A DNA stretch of 64,000 nt from Raillietiella orientalis (GCA_036172245.1 JAYWIR010000020.1:1302001-1366000), one strand, 5' to 3'; counted from the stretch's first letter, positions 1-15,012 are shown. The notes: generated by a model from the sequence alone, not told the origin. Made by a program: numbers and translations.

Positions 1-1114
1 AGAAGTTTATTTCTGCGTCCATGTTTCTGAAAACAAGAGGTTTCTTCCCTTCAAAGCAAGGTGCCTACAGGCTGCTAGGTGGGCGGCAAATCCTGGCATG
101 AATCATTTTTCATGGAAATGTTGAGAAAGTGTCGTTTCCATGTGACCTTCTACGTTCTCATCCACCGGGACTGCGACCGGCCTCTCAGCTGTATCTTTCA
201 CATGTCGGTCCAGCAATCCTGTCGATGTGGCATTTTTAAATCACCCCTTCCGCTGATGCAAATTCCAGCGAAGGGCAGGACTCCAGAATTTCTTAGAAGT
301 TCCATACATGAAGCAGATTCCAGAGTTTCGAACATCGCTCTTGAAAAATTTTTGGCAACGGAATTTTTTCGACTGATCGTCAAAAGTATTTTAGTGCAGA
401 AGTGCAAAAGCAAACCAAGAGACTCCACTCACTGGAACTTTGCAAAACAAGGCAAGAGTTCCTTACGGAGAGTGAAGGATTGAGTTCTTGGAGTTTTCGA
501 GCGACCGAGGTATCACTCGGTCAACTGGATGGTGGTCGTTTTCTTAACAAGGCTACTAGGAAAAAGAAAAAACCTTGCGTCAGCAGACTGAGTGGAAAGC
601 AAAGCCTTTCGATGACACAGTTCATCAGCCGACCTCTGGATTTATGACGCCCAATAAAGAACTCTTGACCGAGAAGAAACTAAGCAGCTCTTTCGCTCTG
701 ACTCACGCTTGTAAGGGTCTCGTATCTTTGAATTCTTTGGAGGCTGCTGAATTCCTTCCACAAGAAAAGATTGCAATTTTCTTCCCACACCCTCCAGTGT
801 TTTACTTCTTTCGAGGTAGCTAATCACTGCCTTTCCGATCTCAGATTATGGAAAGCTTATGGAAATAACAGCAGATAAAATCTCATGCACCCCCATCATA
901 ACCTGATGTTTGTGACTTTTTCCTTCCTTTCTCTTTTTTCCTCATTTTTTGTTTGCTTTTTTTTAATTGTGATGCAGGACAAAAATAATAGAAGATTATG
1001 TCAGGAATCCCTGGAAGAGCAGAACAAAGAAGAAATAAGGAAAAACACAACGATTCGGCTTGAAATAAGAACAAATGATGATGATGATGAAACTTTTGAA
1101 GAGGACACTGGGTT

Positions 1115-1803
1115 TTGAAGAATAAAGAGGGTAGCGGAGGTCATGAGTATCCGGTGATTACTAGAGAGATTGGGAGCATCAGAATAGTAAAGAAATGGGA
1201 GCTCGAATTAGGAACATCGTTTTCTAGGAGGACGTCAAAGCGTCAAAGATTTTCCAAGAATCTGAAAGAAATGAATTTCATCTTTAGCACCAGGAGAAAA
1301 TGGGGAACAAATTCTTGTGTTGCTTCGTGAATATTATTTTCTGGAGACTGAATGCAGGCAATCAGAAAAGACTACGAGGCCAAGATTTCAGGGATTCTTG
1401 AGCTCAATCTCGGTGATGAGCAGATTGAGAAGTTGAAGCACAGAAAAAAACGAACTTTGTTTCCATGGAAGCAAATCAAGAACCTATAGCACTCCAAGAT
1501 AAAAGGAAGATATCACGAGGATGAAGGGCCTCACAAGTTTGCTGCCATCAATACAGATCTGATTTCAGTGATGTTCAGGAGGGAAGTTGGAAATATCGGA
1601 TGGAGGAGAATGCACATGACGAAGTGCATTTTGACGCCAAGCAACAGCATTGGGGATGGCGGACTGGAGAGGAAGGAAGGGTACCACCACAACTGTTTGA
1701 AATCTTTTATGAGCTGTCACGATGATGTTAAAACACAAAGCGTAACAAAAAAAAGAAATGCTAAGGAGGTAGCCACAGGACAAGCAGAAGGCTATACGGT
1801 ATG
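1115..1803 (+). pseudogene. Decayed pPolB fragment (copy A)
   Basis: LELGTSF...K..F at ~1200-1260, with a nucleotide match caaagcgtcaaag..tttccaagaa to 36446-36472. Then GGEC (1602-1613), HFDAK (1627) and EVATGQAEGYTV (1765-1801), in the expected pPolB order. Confidence 0.5.
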
Positions 1804-3783
1804 AGTTTCAGAGTGAGCTGTTTTTCTTTTTTCTTTTTTTTTTTCAAGCAGTCCGTGGTTCCACCATAAATTTTCAGTAATTGGAAACATCCACTCTCAG
1901 TGATATCGTTGCCGGCATGAAGATCAGTAGTTGATTGCTGTTGCACTTGGTTGCCAGAACATCAGATTGACTATCGAGTCAGGCAGGTCATCCAGGCGAA
2001 AATCCAATTCGTTTCCAGAATGCAAGGGACGTCACACCTCTGGTGGACACCTAGAAGGGCGGGCAAACTCAAACATGGAAACAAGTTCGAATGGGTGTGC
2101 CTCTAGGAGAACCAGTAATGTAATGGAAATTGTGGAGGGCGCTACATGCGACAGCTGGTAAATGAGGCTCTCTGGTCCTGCGAAAATACTCTTGTTGACA
2201 GGACGTCTCTTTTCAGAGAAGTAGAAACCGCTTTGGATGCCGATGCGCAAAATTTAGGATGATCTAAAAGCAGCTCAACATAAACGCGACCCTCGTCAGG
2301 TTATCGAGGAAATCGGATCTGCTTCCAGTTTTAGTGCTTGCTGTCATTGCTATTGCAATGTAAAGAGAAACGGCTCCGTTTGTTTGCGTGGAGAGAGCCC
2401 TGTCTCACACAAACTTGATCTCCACCACCGCGAGAACGCGATTTTTGTGACAGATTTGTGCCGTCTGGATGCTCATGACTTCATGGCATGGAAACACCGC
2501 GGATCTGCTAAATTTCCCGAGTGAGGCAGGTGACCGCGTGGTTTGTGGGCTCAGCAAAACGTTTGCATCTCAATTACCAGCCTGCGAATAGCTGCTGAAG
2601 CGCTCGCATCCATGGAAGAACAAATCAGATTCGAGTTCTCGATGTCTTTCACAACACAACCGAAGACTGTCCTTCAGAGCTATGAGATGGAACCCAAAGA
2701 CGCGTTCCTCTATGTTTCCCTTGTGGATCACATCGAACGCATAAATTTCGGTGATAAGTCCACGTAATCAGCGATAGCCAAAATGTTGTGATTTCTCAAC
2801 ATGCGATCGCTCAGTCTTTGGTTAAGATAAGGAGAAAAAGGAATGGGACTATTGCTAAGAGGAGAAGGGTTAGAACAAAATGAAATAGCATGAGTTGAAA
2901 TGGCATTCATTTGTTCATCACCATGTTGTGAATAAAATTCCAGAACGTGGGATGTGAAAGTGATGAAAATTGAAAGTTCAGCCTTATTACGTTGTGCGTT
3001 TAGATTCTGAAGGGATGTGTGCAACATAATGGGAAAGCACATGCTCAACATGATGCTCGATCTAGATTTGTGGACCATTAGCATGGTGGAAATCAACACG
3101 TCTTAACTGTTTCCTTCTTCGTTTAGCATGAGCCCTCATTCTTGATCGAACCAATCTCAATAGAAGCTCTGAAAAATTTTCCAGATGGATGTGATCGAGA
3201 ACCAGAATTATCATAGCGAAGATTCAAATAGTGACGGAATTATTCGGATAGTAATTGAAACCTGAAAAAGATCATATATGAAAGTAGGTCGATATTTCTG
3301 TGGAGGTTGGCTCAGACAGCCTGAAAAGTTGTTTTTTGCCTCGATTTGCAGGTAATGGTCTGAAATGATGACTTCGAAACTTGACTCTGACTCCGGAAAA
3401 AGACACCTTTAAAATTACCCGTAAAGGTATCGACTGATCCTCAATGGAAGATTTCAAAAAGGGAGGCACTACTAAAAGCTGTCTCTGGGATCCATCTCCG
3501 AGCCCCACAAAAAACTTTCACAAAGCTCTTCCATTTCTAGAGTCGCCTACATAGGAACTCTGCAGAACATGGTCGAATTTCTCATCAGAGGTAATTTAGA
3601 GATGGATCAGAGATAAGGCAACATTATCTAGAAACCGTTTTGAGGTTTAAAAGCAAATAGGTCTTTCTTTCTTCTATCAAGACATATTTATCTTCAAATG
3701 AGCAGGTGCCTTTACTACTGATCGTAATTTTCTGACGATGGAAGTCAAAGATGGAGTGTGCTCCTTACTGCTTTTTGAATGTG

Positions 3784-3803
3784 TATATATATATATATAT
3801 ATA
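3784..3803. repeat. (TA)10 microsatellite
   Basis: Read directly from the sequence. Confidence 0.95.
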
Positions 3804-6559
3804 AGGATGTCGAAAGGCATATATGCAGTTAATTTTCTGCACACCATCCGTGTTCTTAGCGTCCTAGTTCCGACTCCAGCTTCTCCCGTTGTCTGGAATA
3901 TTTTGCAATGATGTGATGTGGTGGTCATTCCAGGAACTCTGCATGAGATGTGTGCAGAGATTTCCCTTTCTTCCTTCTTTTTCTTTTCCTTGAGACACGT
4001 CGATGGATTTATTACTCACGCAGCCCTTGATAAATTAGCTCACACGGAAGTTGTCTCATCTACAAGGATTTCGAGTTTAGTTTTGTCTCAACCCTGCGTT
4101 ACTTGGGAAGTCATCTCGATTTATGAGTTTGAGAGCTCAACGGTTCTTTCAAGTCTACCGAATCGCGTGGCAAGAGCCACACTGATAGTTGCAGCCATGA
4201 GCTAAATCGATTGAAACTCTTTTGATACGCTCCTTATTCCCTCTATGGGTTTGACTTTCCGGCTCTGTTTTTCCTGTTATGTAATACAAAAGTTTCGTTC
4301 TGGGCTGCAGGCTAGCCTCATTGCCTAGGGAACCTGCATCTTCGTTGTGTTTCCTAGTGATGCATGTTGTTGTCGGTTTGTGTTGTGTGTGTCTTTTAAA
4401 AACTCATTAGGCATTTTTTTTTCTACCGTGGTTTTCGATACGTGGACTGATCCGAAATCATTTGGGAAAGCTAGTTGTAGTTTGAAGAGGATCAGCAAGA
4501 TGACAAGGACAAGTATGAACTTCAGGCAAGGAATGTTTTTTCGGTTCTTGCTTTGCGATACATCTCTAGGGTCAGGTGTCCATCTGCTAGTAAGCTTGAT
4601 GCTGCTCGAAGCATTCCTTGTGATCCAATTATTCGGCTGTGCTTAATGCGGTTAGGAGTTGCAAAATTCTGTGTCTTGTAAAATGGCTATTGATGGAAGA
4701 AAACCCGATACTCCAATCGATATTGTTCATTATACATCAAGGAGGAGCTCAGTTATTCGCGCTCTTTTGCGAAGTGGTGTAAGCAATCATTTCAAGAGAC
4801 AGTCTGCTAGTTATAATGGAGCTTCTCAGTATCAGCACACCTTAGTTTTCAAGTTCAATGTAGATTACATTTGAATGCCTTTCTATAGTACCAGAGATCA
4901 AATTAGGGATGCTGTGCCATTTCAAATGCAAACGAAAGAAAGCTCTGCAAGTTTCAGCACTGGGAAACTTCCAGAATAATTGCCACAGTATCACTTTCGA
5001 AACCATTCGAAAAAAATGTTATAAAAAAAATAACAAATACCGGAAGAAGCATATTCAAATACAAAGAGCATCTGAAGAAGCTGGCAAATGATGCAACAGT
5101 GTGCATGTGAAGTTCACCCTCGAAGAATTTGAAAGCATATTCCAGGATGTAGAAGTAGTAAAGCAAAGGATGAGCATCCTGACTTTCTCTCGAGGCATGC
5201 AAACTTCTCCGAGGTATCGATACGGCATTCTGCGTCTACAGATACATGTATGAAGATCTGAAGAAATGTAAAAGTATGCTGAGTTCAGTACACACTGCTA
5301 AAATATATCGCAAAGCAGCAAAGGCGTAAGGTTGCCTTTATGATAAATGGCAGCCTGCCTACACATATGTATATATACCTTGTATTTGAGCATGTCTGCA
5401 ATCAAATGTCATTGAAGATTCAGAAATATGAGGATGGAGTCGTCCTCCTGCGCGTTCTTGTGATTTCATAATTTGCATTCGTTCATTCGTTTTGCCTATC
5501 CACTTTCCACCAAACATTCCCCGATCGTTGTCTTCCGACTGGCTTGTGATCTATGAATGTAATCACACATTCTCTCGGAATTTAGATGTTTCATAGCTGC
5601 GGTTCCATAAGAAATAATTATTGGTGCTCATACAAGGATATTACTTTCTAAAGCTGCCTGGAAATGTGGTGTTATTTGTGTTTTATGGATTTCAGCAATC
5701 ATTATCTCTCCTTCACTTCTACGATTCCAGTCACTCTGGTTCTGCCATCTCTAAGAAAACGTAGCTGCAGAAGAAAGGTCATTTGCATAGCGAAGTTGCA
5801 ATTTTGGTTGTTCATGGATGTTCAGGTTCATTCTTGACCTACAGACAGAGTTTGTGACTACATCCATCTATTTATTTCGCCGGCCCTATTAGAGCTCTTC
5901 TTGAACAGTGATGGGTCATTTTGTTCGATTTTCTCTTTCCTTTTTTGCAGTTCTGGACTGATAACGTGAGAAAAAACATCCTCAAACATGCGTTTCGAAG
6001 GCAAAGGCGGGAGGCAGAGTTTAAAACGATCCTTCATCAGTAAATTAAGCTCTCAGTTCTTCATGAACTTCATTTAGCCACATTATGTCCTCATCTTGCT
6101 GCACCATCAACTTTTTCATTGTTTTTTTAACTTAGGTCATTCTTCGATTCCCAATGGTGGGACGCAAAACTGAAAGGGACCGGTTGTTCTGTGAAAAGCA
6201 TCCCATAAATAATCTAAGCAGTCTCATCAGTGATGTGAGCCACATCAATAATGTTTGAACCCCAAATAATCTTCAAATGACTATCCATAATCGACTAGTG
6301 GCGAAGAATAAACCTCCTTTCTATGAGATTCCCTCAGACTCTTTTCCTAAAGGAGGAAGAAACAGATGAAACTCAATCTTCATTGACCAAACCTTCATGA
6401 CTCTTATGTTTCCAATCGCAACTAAACAGTCTGAGCCTGGAGATTGATTAGCAACTGGTTGTAGTTTGTCTGCAGCAGGGTATGTAGGATGCTCTTTATA
6501 CGAACAGGCAAGGTCGAGGTTCCTGTCTGCTGGCTAATACTGGCGGAACGCCAGTATTA

Positions 6560-7250
6560 TGACCCTTTTGTGCGTGATGAGAGCTCACTCCGAATTACTA
6601 GCCAAACAGACAGATCCACAAGTGAAGGTGTGGGTCGTGCGAGCAGAGGATGCGTGGCCTGGGATGAGGCACGGCAGCACTCTCTTAATCGCTGTGTTCG
6701 ACGCACTGGTCTCATCGGCAAGAGGCCCGACGTACTGCGACGCAGGAACAGAGTGGGAACGGGGGAACTGAAACCAGCTAATGCCAAGAGTCGGCACGAA
6801 GCTCCCAAACGACACGGCACTCCAGAAGAAGAATCGAATCTCCCTTGATGTTTGTGATGACGCTGAAAAATTGGCTGCAGAGCTTAAAAAGACGCGACCA
6901 AAGAAGGAAGGGAGGTCCGACCTTCCTTTTTCCATTCAGAGGTGCACCGGCGTTGGTCTGAGCGCTGGTGGTGAGCTCTGTAGCATCGCAGGATCCAGAA
7001 CGAAACGACGAATTTCCGAGAACATTCGAGATCACTCGAAGATACTCAGGCCGCAGGAGATCCATGATCCTGCGTTCCAATACAAGGCAGGGCTGAGATA
7101 TGTTGGACGCGCCATGAGTCTTCTGGATCATGAACGAAGTGGACAAACTACAGAAAATCTACCATTACAGTTGCAGGCTCTACTTCCCGTGTGCGTAGAA
7201 TTCAACATTCTTCTGTAGGAACGCATACTTGGAGCATCTAAGGCAGCCTG
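6560..7250 (+). pseudogene. Possible decayed pPolB exonuclease-region fragment (copy B)
   Basis: Weak ordered resemblance: VKVWV...LLIAVFD, EKLAAELKK...DLPF, RY...D.MIL, TITVAGSTSRV. No single decisive motif. Confidence 0.3.
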
Positions 7251-9949
7251 AGATACCCGTCAGTGTGAACATGGCATCATTGATGGTAAGAATGGTGGAA
7301 GAGTAATAGGGATCATCTCTGTAATCTGTATCCAAACTCTGGAACGAATCGGTTCGGTGTCGTTTAAGAGAACGAAGCAAAGCTGCGAGGCAAGTACCCC
7401 ATGAGGGTGATCTCGAAGGTAGGAGAAAGCATCAGATCAGTTAAGGTGAAGCGACATGGTTCGAGAGGATGGATGGAGTCTGAGAGCATCTACGCTCGCC
7501 TATTTCTTAAAGGCCCGGTTCGTTCGTCAGGAGGGCAAGGGTATTTGTAGAAGGGACATGTGTTTGAATAGGAGAGCAAGGAGAAGAGGAAGAGATAGAT
7601 AGGAGGGATAAGAGCGTGTGTTTTGTACATGCTTAGCTGCACCTGTATATGCATAGCAGATCTGCGGAGATCTGCATCTGAGGAAAGCCCATAGCATTGT
7701 CAGCTTTTTGAATTATTATGCTTTTGTTAATGCCGAAGAACAGGCAGTTCATTTACTGAATAAGGAGAACGGAGAGTTCAAGTGGAGATGCGAAACGCAT
7801 GGCAAACTGAAAGCAAGGAATTCTTTTTCAAGTCCACGCAAGCCTTTTGTCAAATTTTTGTGTACGGCTTATGTGCTGCATGCATCTGGATGTCTTGTTT
7901 CGATGGAGACAAGTTCAGGTTAGCCACCTTATGACTCGGCATTATAGTGGGTTGAGTAGGATGACTGGGCAAAGGAATAGATCTCTCTGACACTTGGTTC
8001 CTGGGAGTCCCTAGTGTTGTCAGGGAGTGTTTTCGTTTTGTAAATTTTGGGTTTTTCCAATATCAGGTTCTGAAATTCAGAAATGGGGTAATTTGGAGAA
8101 CGGGTTGTGTGAAGTGAGGGGTACCTCCAAAAAGAAATTTAAACCAAACAAGACGGCGATTTTCATTTTATCAATTCGTCCATCTAAATTGGAAAAGAAA
8201 TGGACGCCACCTTCCAGACAAAGAGAAAAACTGGGTAGCTTTTCCTCGAAGCACTGAACCCAATCGGTTGCCAGTCCGACTCACCTCCAACTTCTTACCT
8301 GAGTAATGACCGAAGTAGAAATATGATTCCTCATGTTCTTTACTGGTCAGTGATGACGCATATGAGTTCATTGGCAATCAACGAAGCCACCTGCTTGTTT
8401 TCACTATTAAACCTCCATCAGTTCGTGCACGGAAGGTGCAGATTGCATTCCATACAAAAGGAAAAAGCAAAATCCACTCCCCTTCTCATCACACTCGTTA
8501 TTATTGAAAACCTGTTGTTCCTCGACCTATTCCTGTATTTCAACGCAACCTCTGCTTCTTGCTCATTTTGAGAGCTGTAGAAACGATGCTAGTACCACCG
8601 GTGCAACGTGAACATTGCCAGCTCACCCTTCTTTTGTATATTCATATACTTAACGACACCGAGCACTGATCGTGTACGAAAGGCATCCTTCTTCAGTAGC
8701 TTATCATTCCAGTGAGTCAATTGCCAGGGTTCGAAGATGGGTTTCGACTCCGATGGGACTCCTCTCCGTTCCCACCCATGCTTTGCTTAATGGGGCTGAT
8801 GCAGATGATCATCCTACTATCTTCAAGGATGGCGATGTTCTGATCAGAGTGCAGGTCCAAACTTAAAATGTTCTAGTTCTAGTTAGTTCCCACTTTGAAT
8901 CATTGTCTTCTTCGCCCATTTGACCAGAGGACGTGTTTCTTAGCATAGAGACAAGAATGCTGGATTCAGTGGTTTAGGGTCTTGTTTCATACCATAGAGC
9001 GCGGGCACGCGCAGTTTTTCTGTTTCTCTTTCGCTGCTCCGCAAATCAAAAGGGAACTAAGACGAGTAGCACAATTGAACCCGAAGCCCGAAAACCTCAA
9101 CTGGTGAAGAGAAATGGACTCGGCGTCCGATGCATTCCTATGACCCCTGTTTGTTGTGGCTGTTTTGAGATCAGGAAGTATCAGTAATATTGGCTAACAT
9201 TGGAATTTCACCACAAGGTCCCCAGTCTTGCTCATTTTTATCGGTTACATCGTATAAGCTCCTCCTTAGGAAAGCTGCAGCCATCTGCTAATCAAATGCC
9301 ATACTACAGCGCTACGTGCTCCGCAAGGGCATCTCTTCTTGGCTTCTAGCAAAACCGAAGTGAAAAGACACCTGTTCCAAACAGAGAGGAGCTCTCCAGT
9401 GTATTTCTGGAGGTCCGCGAGACAATCCTAAATGCTCTTCTCCACGATAACTTAGCCTGGGTTCTTTCCACTTGCACTATGGAGCGCTGGACTTTACTCA
9501 ACAGTCTCCTTTCCGATCTTCTTCGAGATGCATAATCGAGCTCGTATTTATTCTGCACTGAGAAACCTCAGCCTAGAAGAACTGCAATGTATGAAAGAGA
9601 AGGAAAGTGGATTTGGGTTGTATAGAGAAAGTTTATCAAAATAAAATATATTCATATTTTGATGGCGTAGAAGTGTGAAGTCTGACTTTCTGGAAATGGG
9701 AAGCCTCGTCGGAAAACAGGAGTATAGGGATAGCATGCAGACACAATGAACAAGGAATCCTTGATTCCCTGGAAGTCAGTGAAGAAAGCAGAACTTTCAA
9801 CCCTGGTTTTCTGATTGGTGCATCTCGCTGCTGAAACGCACATCAGGTGAAACCGTGGAAGGGTAGTGGAAGGGAAAAGAATCGCAGTTCGAGGCTCCGT
9901 GACTTCATGTGTCTTTTTTGTCTAGTGATCTTCTTGTTGAGGAAGCTAA

Positions 9950-12900
9950 TTCCTCAAGTTTCTTTTTTTGCTCCTGTCCGTTCGGGAGGAATGAGGAAGG
10001 GATGAACTGTAGAAGCCAAAGTGATCCGGATAGAGAGTCCAGAAGCAAACACTTAGGGTGCAGACCTGGGGTACTGTGAGATTAGATACTCATCTACGCC
10101 CTCTTTACCTCTCTGCTCGAGTGTGGCCACGGTTTCCGTGCGTGGTTCCAAGCGCTGCCGGTTCGCACACTTGTAATGGACGACCGAGTTTCGCGTGGTC
10201 CACCTACGAGGCTTACGACTGCAGATGGACGAGAGTGAATTCCACCGTCAGCTCAAGGAATAGGCGACGGTCCACGAGTACTGGGTCAAGTCAAACTTGC
10301 TCTTCGGATATGAGGGACTGTTTAGCGGCTTGGTTGCAGAATGCGTGACCGACTGTACGTCGATCTCTGGTTCCCCAGGAAACCAAGATTATGCAGCAGC
10401 CATTGCAATAAAACCGGGCGCCTGAAGAGGAGGTATCCGGGAATTATTTGACATGGATGCGGACTGAAGGGTCACATGAAGTTTGAGTGTTCAAAAGGAC
10501 CCGTCCGCGACGTTCCGAGGGCAAAACCGGACAAAGGGCAGAGCGCGGGAAACAGCAGCAAGAAAGGGAGGGAGCAAAAGATGTCCACCGCAGCCGTACC
10601 AAACTTCATCGGAACAAACCTCCAAACGAGGGGAGGAAACAACCGATGAAGAGGGATGGCAAGTGGTGACATCCAAAAAGATAGGGAAAAAAACTCCTAA
10701 TGCCGAAAAAAGTCGCGATAACCGCTGAGCAGCCGCTTCAGCAGATTAGCGCGATTAGCGCGTCGAGGGCGATCGAAAACGTCGTGCACGCAGCCACGGA
10801 AAGCGTGATCGACGAGCCGATCGATAGCAACGAAGGTCGTTGCAACGCTGCTGCCATCTCTTCGAAGAAGGTGGTGACGCCGACGCCTGCGAAAATAAAG
10901 GCCAAAAGGGCTGGAACAAAAAAAAAGGCCGTGACGCGTCCCGCGGAGAGCAACCTCAGCATGGCTTCCAACTCCGACCTGGATGAGACAAGCACCAGCG
11001 GAGACACGGAAGCGACGGGAACCGCCTCAAAGAGGCCCAAGTCTCCGAGGAAGAATGCATCTCCCCCAAGGAAAAGATGCATCAGCTGCGGAAATCGAAA
11101 GGATGCAGGCTGGTTTCCAGGAGTCTTCCTCGAAAAGGATCAGCTGCTCCGGAAGAAGAACAAAGGTGGAGGAGGAGGACCAGAAGAGAGAGGTCATCCC
11201 TTTACCTCCTCCATCACTGACTACCGTTCAGCCTGAGCAGCAGGTGGGAACCGACATGCCAGCAGTAACGCGTGCCCTCGGCTCCTACCGGCGACTTGTA
11301 GCCTGTTGGAATGTCAATGGCCCGCTCGACGACTCCAGGAGACGGGATGCAGCAGCCACCTTGCGACCGTTCGACCTGGTGCTTCTGCAAGAGACCCACA
11401 AGATCTCTGCAGAAGAAATCCAGTAAATTGGAGCTGCGGCTCGGCGCACTCGTGCTAGGTCGCCTTTTCTCTGAAACCAACCGTGGAGAGCGTGGTACGA
11501 GACGCTGAGTTTGACGAGGAAGGTCGAGTAGATAACTTGCCCTCAAGTGGTCCAGATCTATCAACCTCGTCGTGGCGAACGTAAACGGCTTCAGCGTGCG
11601 CGGGGCGAGGACCAGATTCTTCGAAGTCCTGAAGCGCGGATGTTTGGTGGAAGCAGACGCGTGGAGAACCCACTGACAGCAGGAGATTTCAACATCCCTC
11701 TGCTTTCAGCAAGGTCTGGCGGTCAGCTCAACCTGGTTAGCGAGTTGTCCGCAGCAATGCACACGTGCAATTTGTTGGCAGATCATTGGCATGGAAGGCA
11801 GCATCGACCACATCTTCCTCAACGACTACCTGCGCTCGCGGGTCAGTTATCCTGGAAAGGAGCGAACTACGTTGTCGGACCACGACCTAATTGAGCCAGA
11901 GGTATTCTCACGCGGATATGCCTCCCTTTCCAACACGTGTCTCCTTCCAAGGGATTGACTCCATCTCCAGGAGGCTGCGGAGCCTGCTCAACTTCCCGAG
12001 GGATGTAAGCGTGCAACAACTCGAAGACTACGACGATATAAAGCGCCTGGTTCAAGGGTCCTTCATGAGCTTACCTGTAGGCAACCTCCCTGCCTGGTTT
12101 GGTAAACGAGTGCTCAACGAGAGCGCGTATATGCAAGCTCGGTGCTTGCAGAAAAGATTAGACGTTCGTCGCCTGCTCGAGATGAAAACCAGGGATGAGA
12201 CAAGCTTCGAATTACGAGACGACCAGCTTAATGGAGGACCAGGTCCAAGGGCTCTCATCCCCCAAAAGAAATACGACGCATTGAGCGCCCATTATACTCC
12301 TCTCTGTACGCGAGAGCACCACCGGAACGCAACTTCTCTCAGCGGTTGCTGCCCAAAGGTCTTCTCGCAAGCGGAAAGGAGTCTCGAGCTCCCTTGAGCA
12401 AGCTGTGGACGGGAGACATTATTTTCGTCATCGGCAAGCTCGAGAAGAGGAAAGACCAGGGGTGGACGGCCCACTGACTGAATTTTACCAGTGTTTCGCG
12501 GCAGAGCTCACCCCACTGGTGCATCAGATATGCACGCTGATTCGGGAGACAAGGGACCTCCCTTCCGTCCTGTTCGCCTCCTTCCGATCAGCAAGAGTAC
12601 GTCTCCTCCCATTGGGAGGAAACCTCCCCAACATAAGCAACTGTCATCCGATTACCGTGATCAACATGGACACCAAGCTGCTCACGAAGCTATGGACAGA
12701 GCTCCTAGGGCGTTCAGTACATAGTTTGAAACGTTTATCTCCCGGAACAAACGTACTCTGTTCCCGGACGAAGCCTGGAAACGAAGCCTGTCCAGCTCCT
12801 GGTTTTAGTTTCAACAAAGGTTGCACCAGTCGGCCAAATGAAACCTGAATTCCGAGATGGCCAAGGATTGGGAAGCCACCTTGAGTCAAAGGTGTCGGGA

Positions 12901-15012
12901 ATCTTTGCGTTTGCGGTCGATTTGCAAAAGGCATGCGACTGCGTCGACCAGAAGCTAGTTTTGGAACTTCTAGAACGAATGGGATTCCCGGATGTCCTCC
13001 TGGCCTACCTGTGCTTCTGATGATGCAGTGCAATGACTAATATTTTTTTCAGCAGCCGAAACCTGTACAGCTTACCGAAGGCGGGGATTCGGCAAGGAAA
13101 CAGTCTGAGCCCGTTGCTCTTCAGAATCTATTTGGAGTTGGAGCTGAGAGAGCATAGGGCGACACTCTTGCTGCCCATCCCAGCTTGTACTCCGCCATGT
13201 CTGCTGTGTGATCCCAATGCAGACAATCTGCTGCTGCTGCTCTCCATGTTCACCCTGGCGTCGGCACTCGAAGGATTCTACGAGTTGTTAAGATGCAGGA
13301 CGGGCTTGGTGGTATACAGAGCACAATCGTTGATGGTAGCTGTCGATGCGATGTGAGCTGGACTGCCAGACTGGATTCGTTTGGAAACCTCATGGACAAG
13401 TACTTGAAGTACCGTGGCATTTCCAACGGAGCGTCATGGTAGGTGGTCTCCGGTGGAGACTTCTGCCTAGTAGAAGCCTGGTCCGGCCGTCTCCAGAAAG
13501 TAGATATGGCTCTTGTCCCATTTCTGGATGACAAGTTTTATTGACGGGCCACAATCTGGAACGCGTTCGCCGCTCTTCTCCTCTGCCCCCTACTTTTTGC
13601 TTTCCTTGTCCCCAAAGAAGTGAAAAAGCGGACGAATAACCTCCTGCGAATCGCCTTATGGGGCAAACGGGAGGCTCCAAGTCCAGCTGAGGGACTTGTG
13701 CGCTCCGCGCCGGGATGGTGGCCTTGGCTTCCTAACGCTGGAGCGAATGGAAATCCAGTTGCGATGGAGAACGATGGCCATCGCAGCGAAGTATTAGAGC
13801 AAGCCTGGTGAGTTTCTGCACACCTCCTGGCCAGCCATGTATCTCGTACGGAAGAACTTTCCTCTTAGCTTTTGTGCTCCGGCCGAAAGGTGATTAGATG
13901 CAGTGTGCTCCTCGAAGGCATCGGCACCTTGGCAAAGAAGAACGGCTGGATGGCCTGTTGTCCCGCCACCTCCAGGAAACATTTGGCATGTGGACGAAGA
14001 TGAATCAGCCCATCCCAGAGGTATGGAACTCTCTGTGACTCAGCATCTACATTCGCTGCTCACTGCCGAAGATCCGGCGATGCCCTAGCATGAGCATGTA
14101 GCTGGAAAAGACCACCCTCTCTGTAACGATGTTTTTTCTGAGGAGGGCATTTGACAGCAGCTAACTGCTGTGGTGGGAAGTCTCCTGAGAGAATGCAGGC
14201 AGCAGAAAGACCATGAGTGGATGGTCCATGGGGCATCTGGAGGATGCTGCGATCCCAAGTGCCCTTTCACAAGGAATACAACGCTGGGAGAGCTGCTCAG
14301 TATTCCTAGCGAAGACCTAGAATGGTCCCCAGTGCCCAAAGATAGCAGCGCTGTTCTCCTGAAGTCACAGAAGTCGACATTTCTTCTGATGCACTGAGGT
14401 CTTTCCTGCAACTCTCGCTGACATCATTGGACAAGGAGGAGTGTGAACCCATGGAGCGAGAGTTCCTCCTGCACCAGTTTGTGGACCGTATTGCCCTTCA
14501 GCCCCTATGAAAACGTTTCGGGACGAAGGTACGGACCCCGGTTGGCAGCCCCAGAGAACTTGTAAAACTCCTCTTCACACGGGACGTGCTACCTCCAGCT
14601 GCAGCCTTAGTTTGCTGCATCCGTGCGATTGTGGCGGCCTGTGGCGACGCTGAAGGAGGACCATACGAAAAAGGCGCCATCGGATATACTCTTCGCTTTC
14701 TGCGGATAGCAGCAAGATGGCCCCACCTGGGTACAATCAGGACCGACCTAGCCGCCATCCTGGAAAGGACGCAAAGGACTCCTTCCAGCGGACTGTGCTC
14801 TCTTAGTGTTCTTATTTATTTTTTATTTTATTTTTCTTTTGTTTTTTCTTTCCCTCAGCTGCAGTAATGAACCTCGCCGGTCTGCGGACCTGCAACTTGG
14901 CAGGTCCATAGATAAATTGAGCACAGTAGAACCACGTGTCCTATCGCACTTTGCGAGTTTATTTTAAATTTTAATAAACTTTCGGATGTGTCCTGGTGGA
15001 AATCGGAGACAA
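9950..15012 (+). mobile_element. Decayed near full-length non-LTR retrotransposon, Tx1/L1-type (ORF1 zinc knuckles + APE endonuclease + RT)
   Basis: ORF1 remnant has two CCHC-like knuckles at ~10392-10490 (CSSHCNKTGRLKRRY...[C->stop]HGCGLKGHMKFEC). APE motifs WNVNG and DLVLLQETH (11305-11400) and AGDFN (~11680). RT motifs PGVDG..EFY, NCHPITVINMDTKLL (cf. WRPITLLNxDYK), AVDLQKACD, GIRQGNSLSPLLF, NADNL (decayed YADD) and KYL. AATAAA at ~14973. Many stops and frameshifts. Confidence 0.9.

Noticed and set aside
8960..9045. tRNA or SINE head (tggattcagtggtttagg)
   Set aside because: A-box-like only, with no B-box or cloverleaf.
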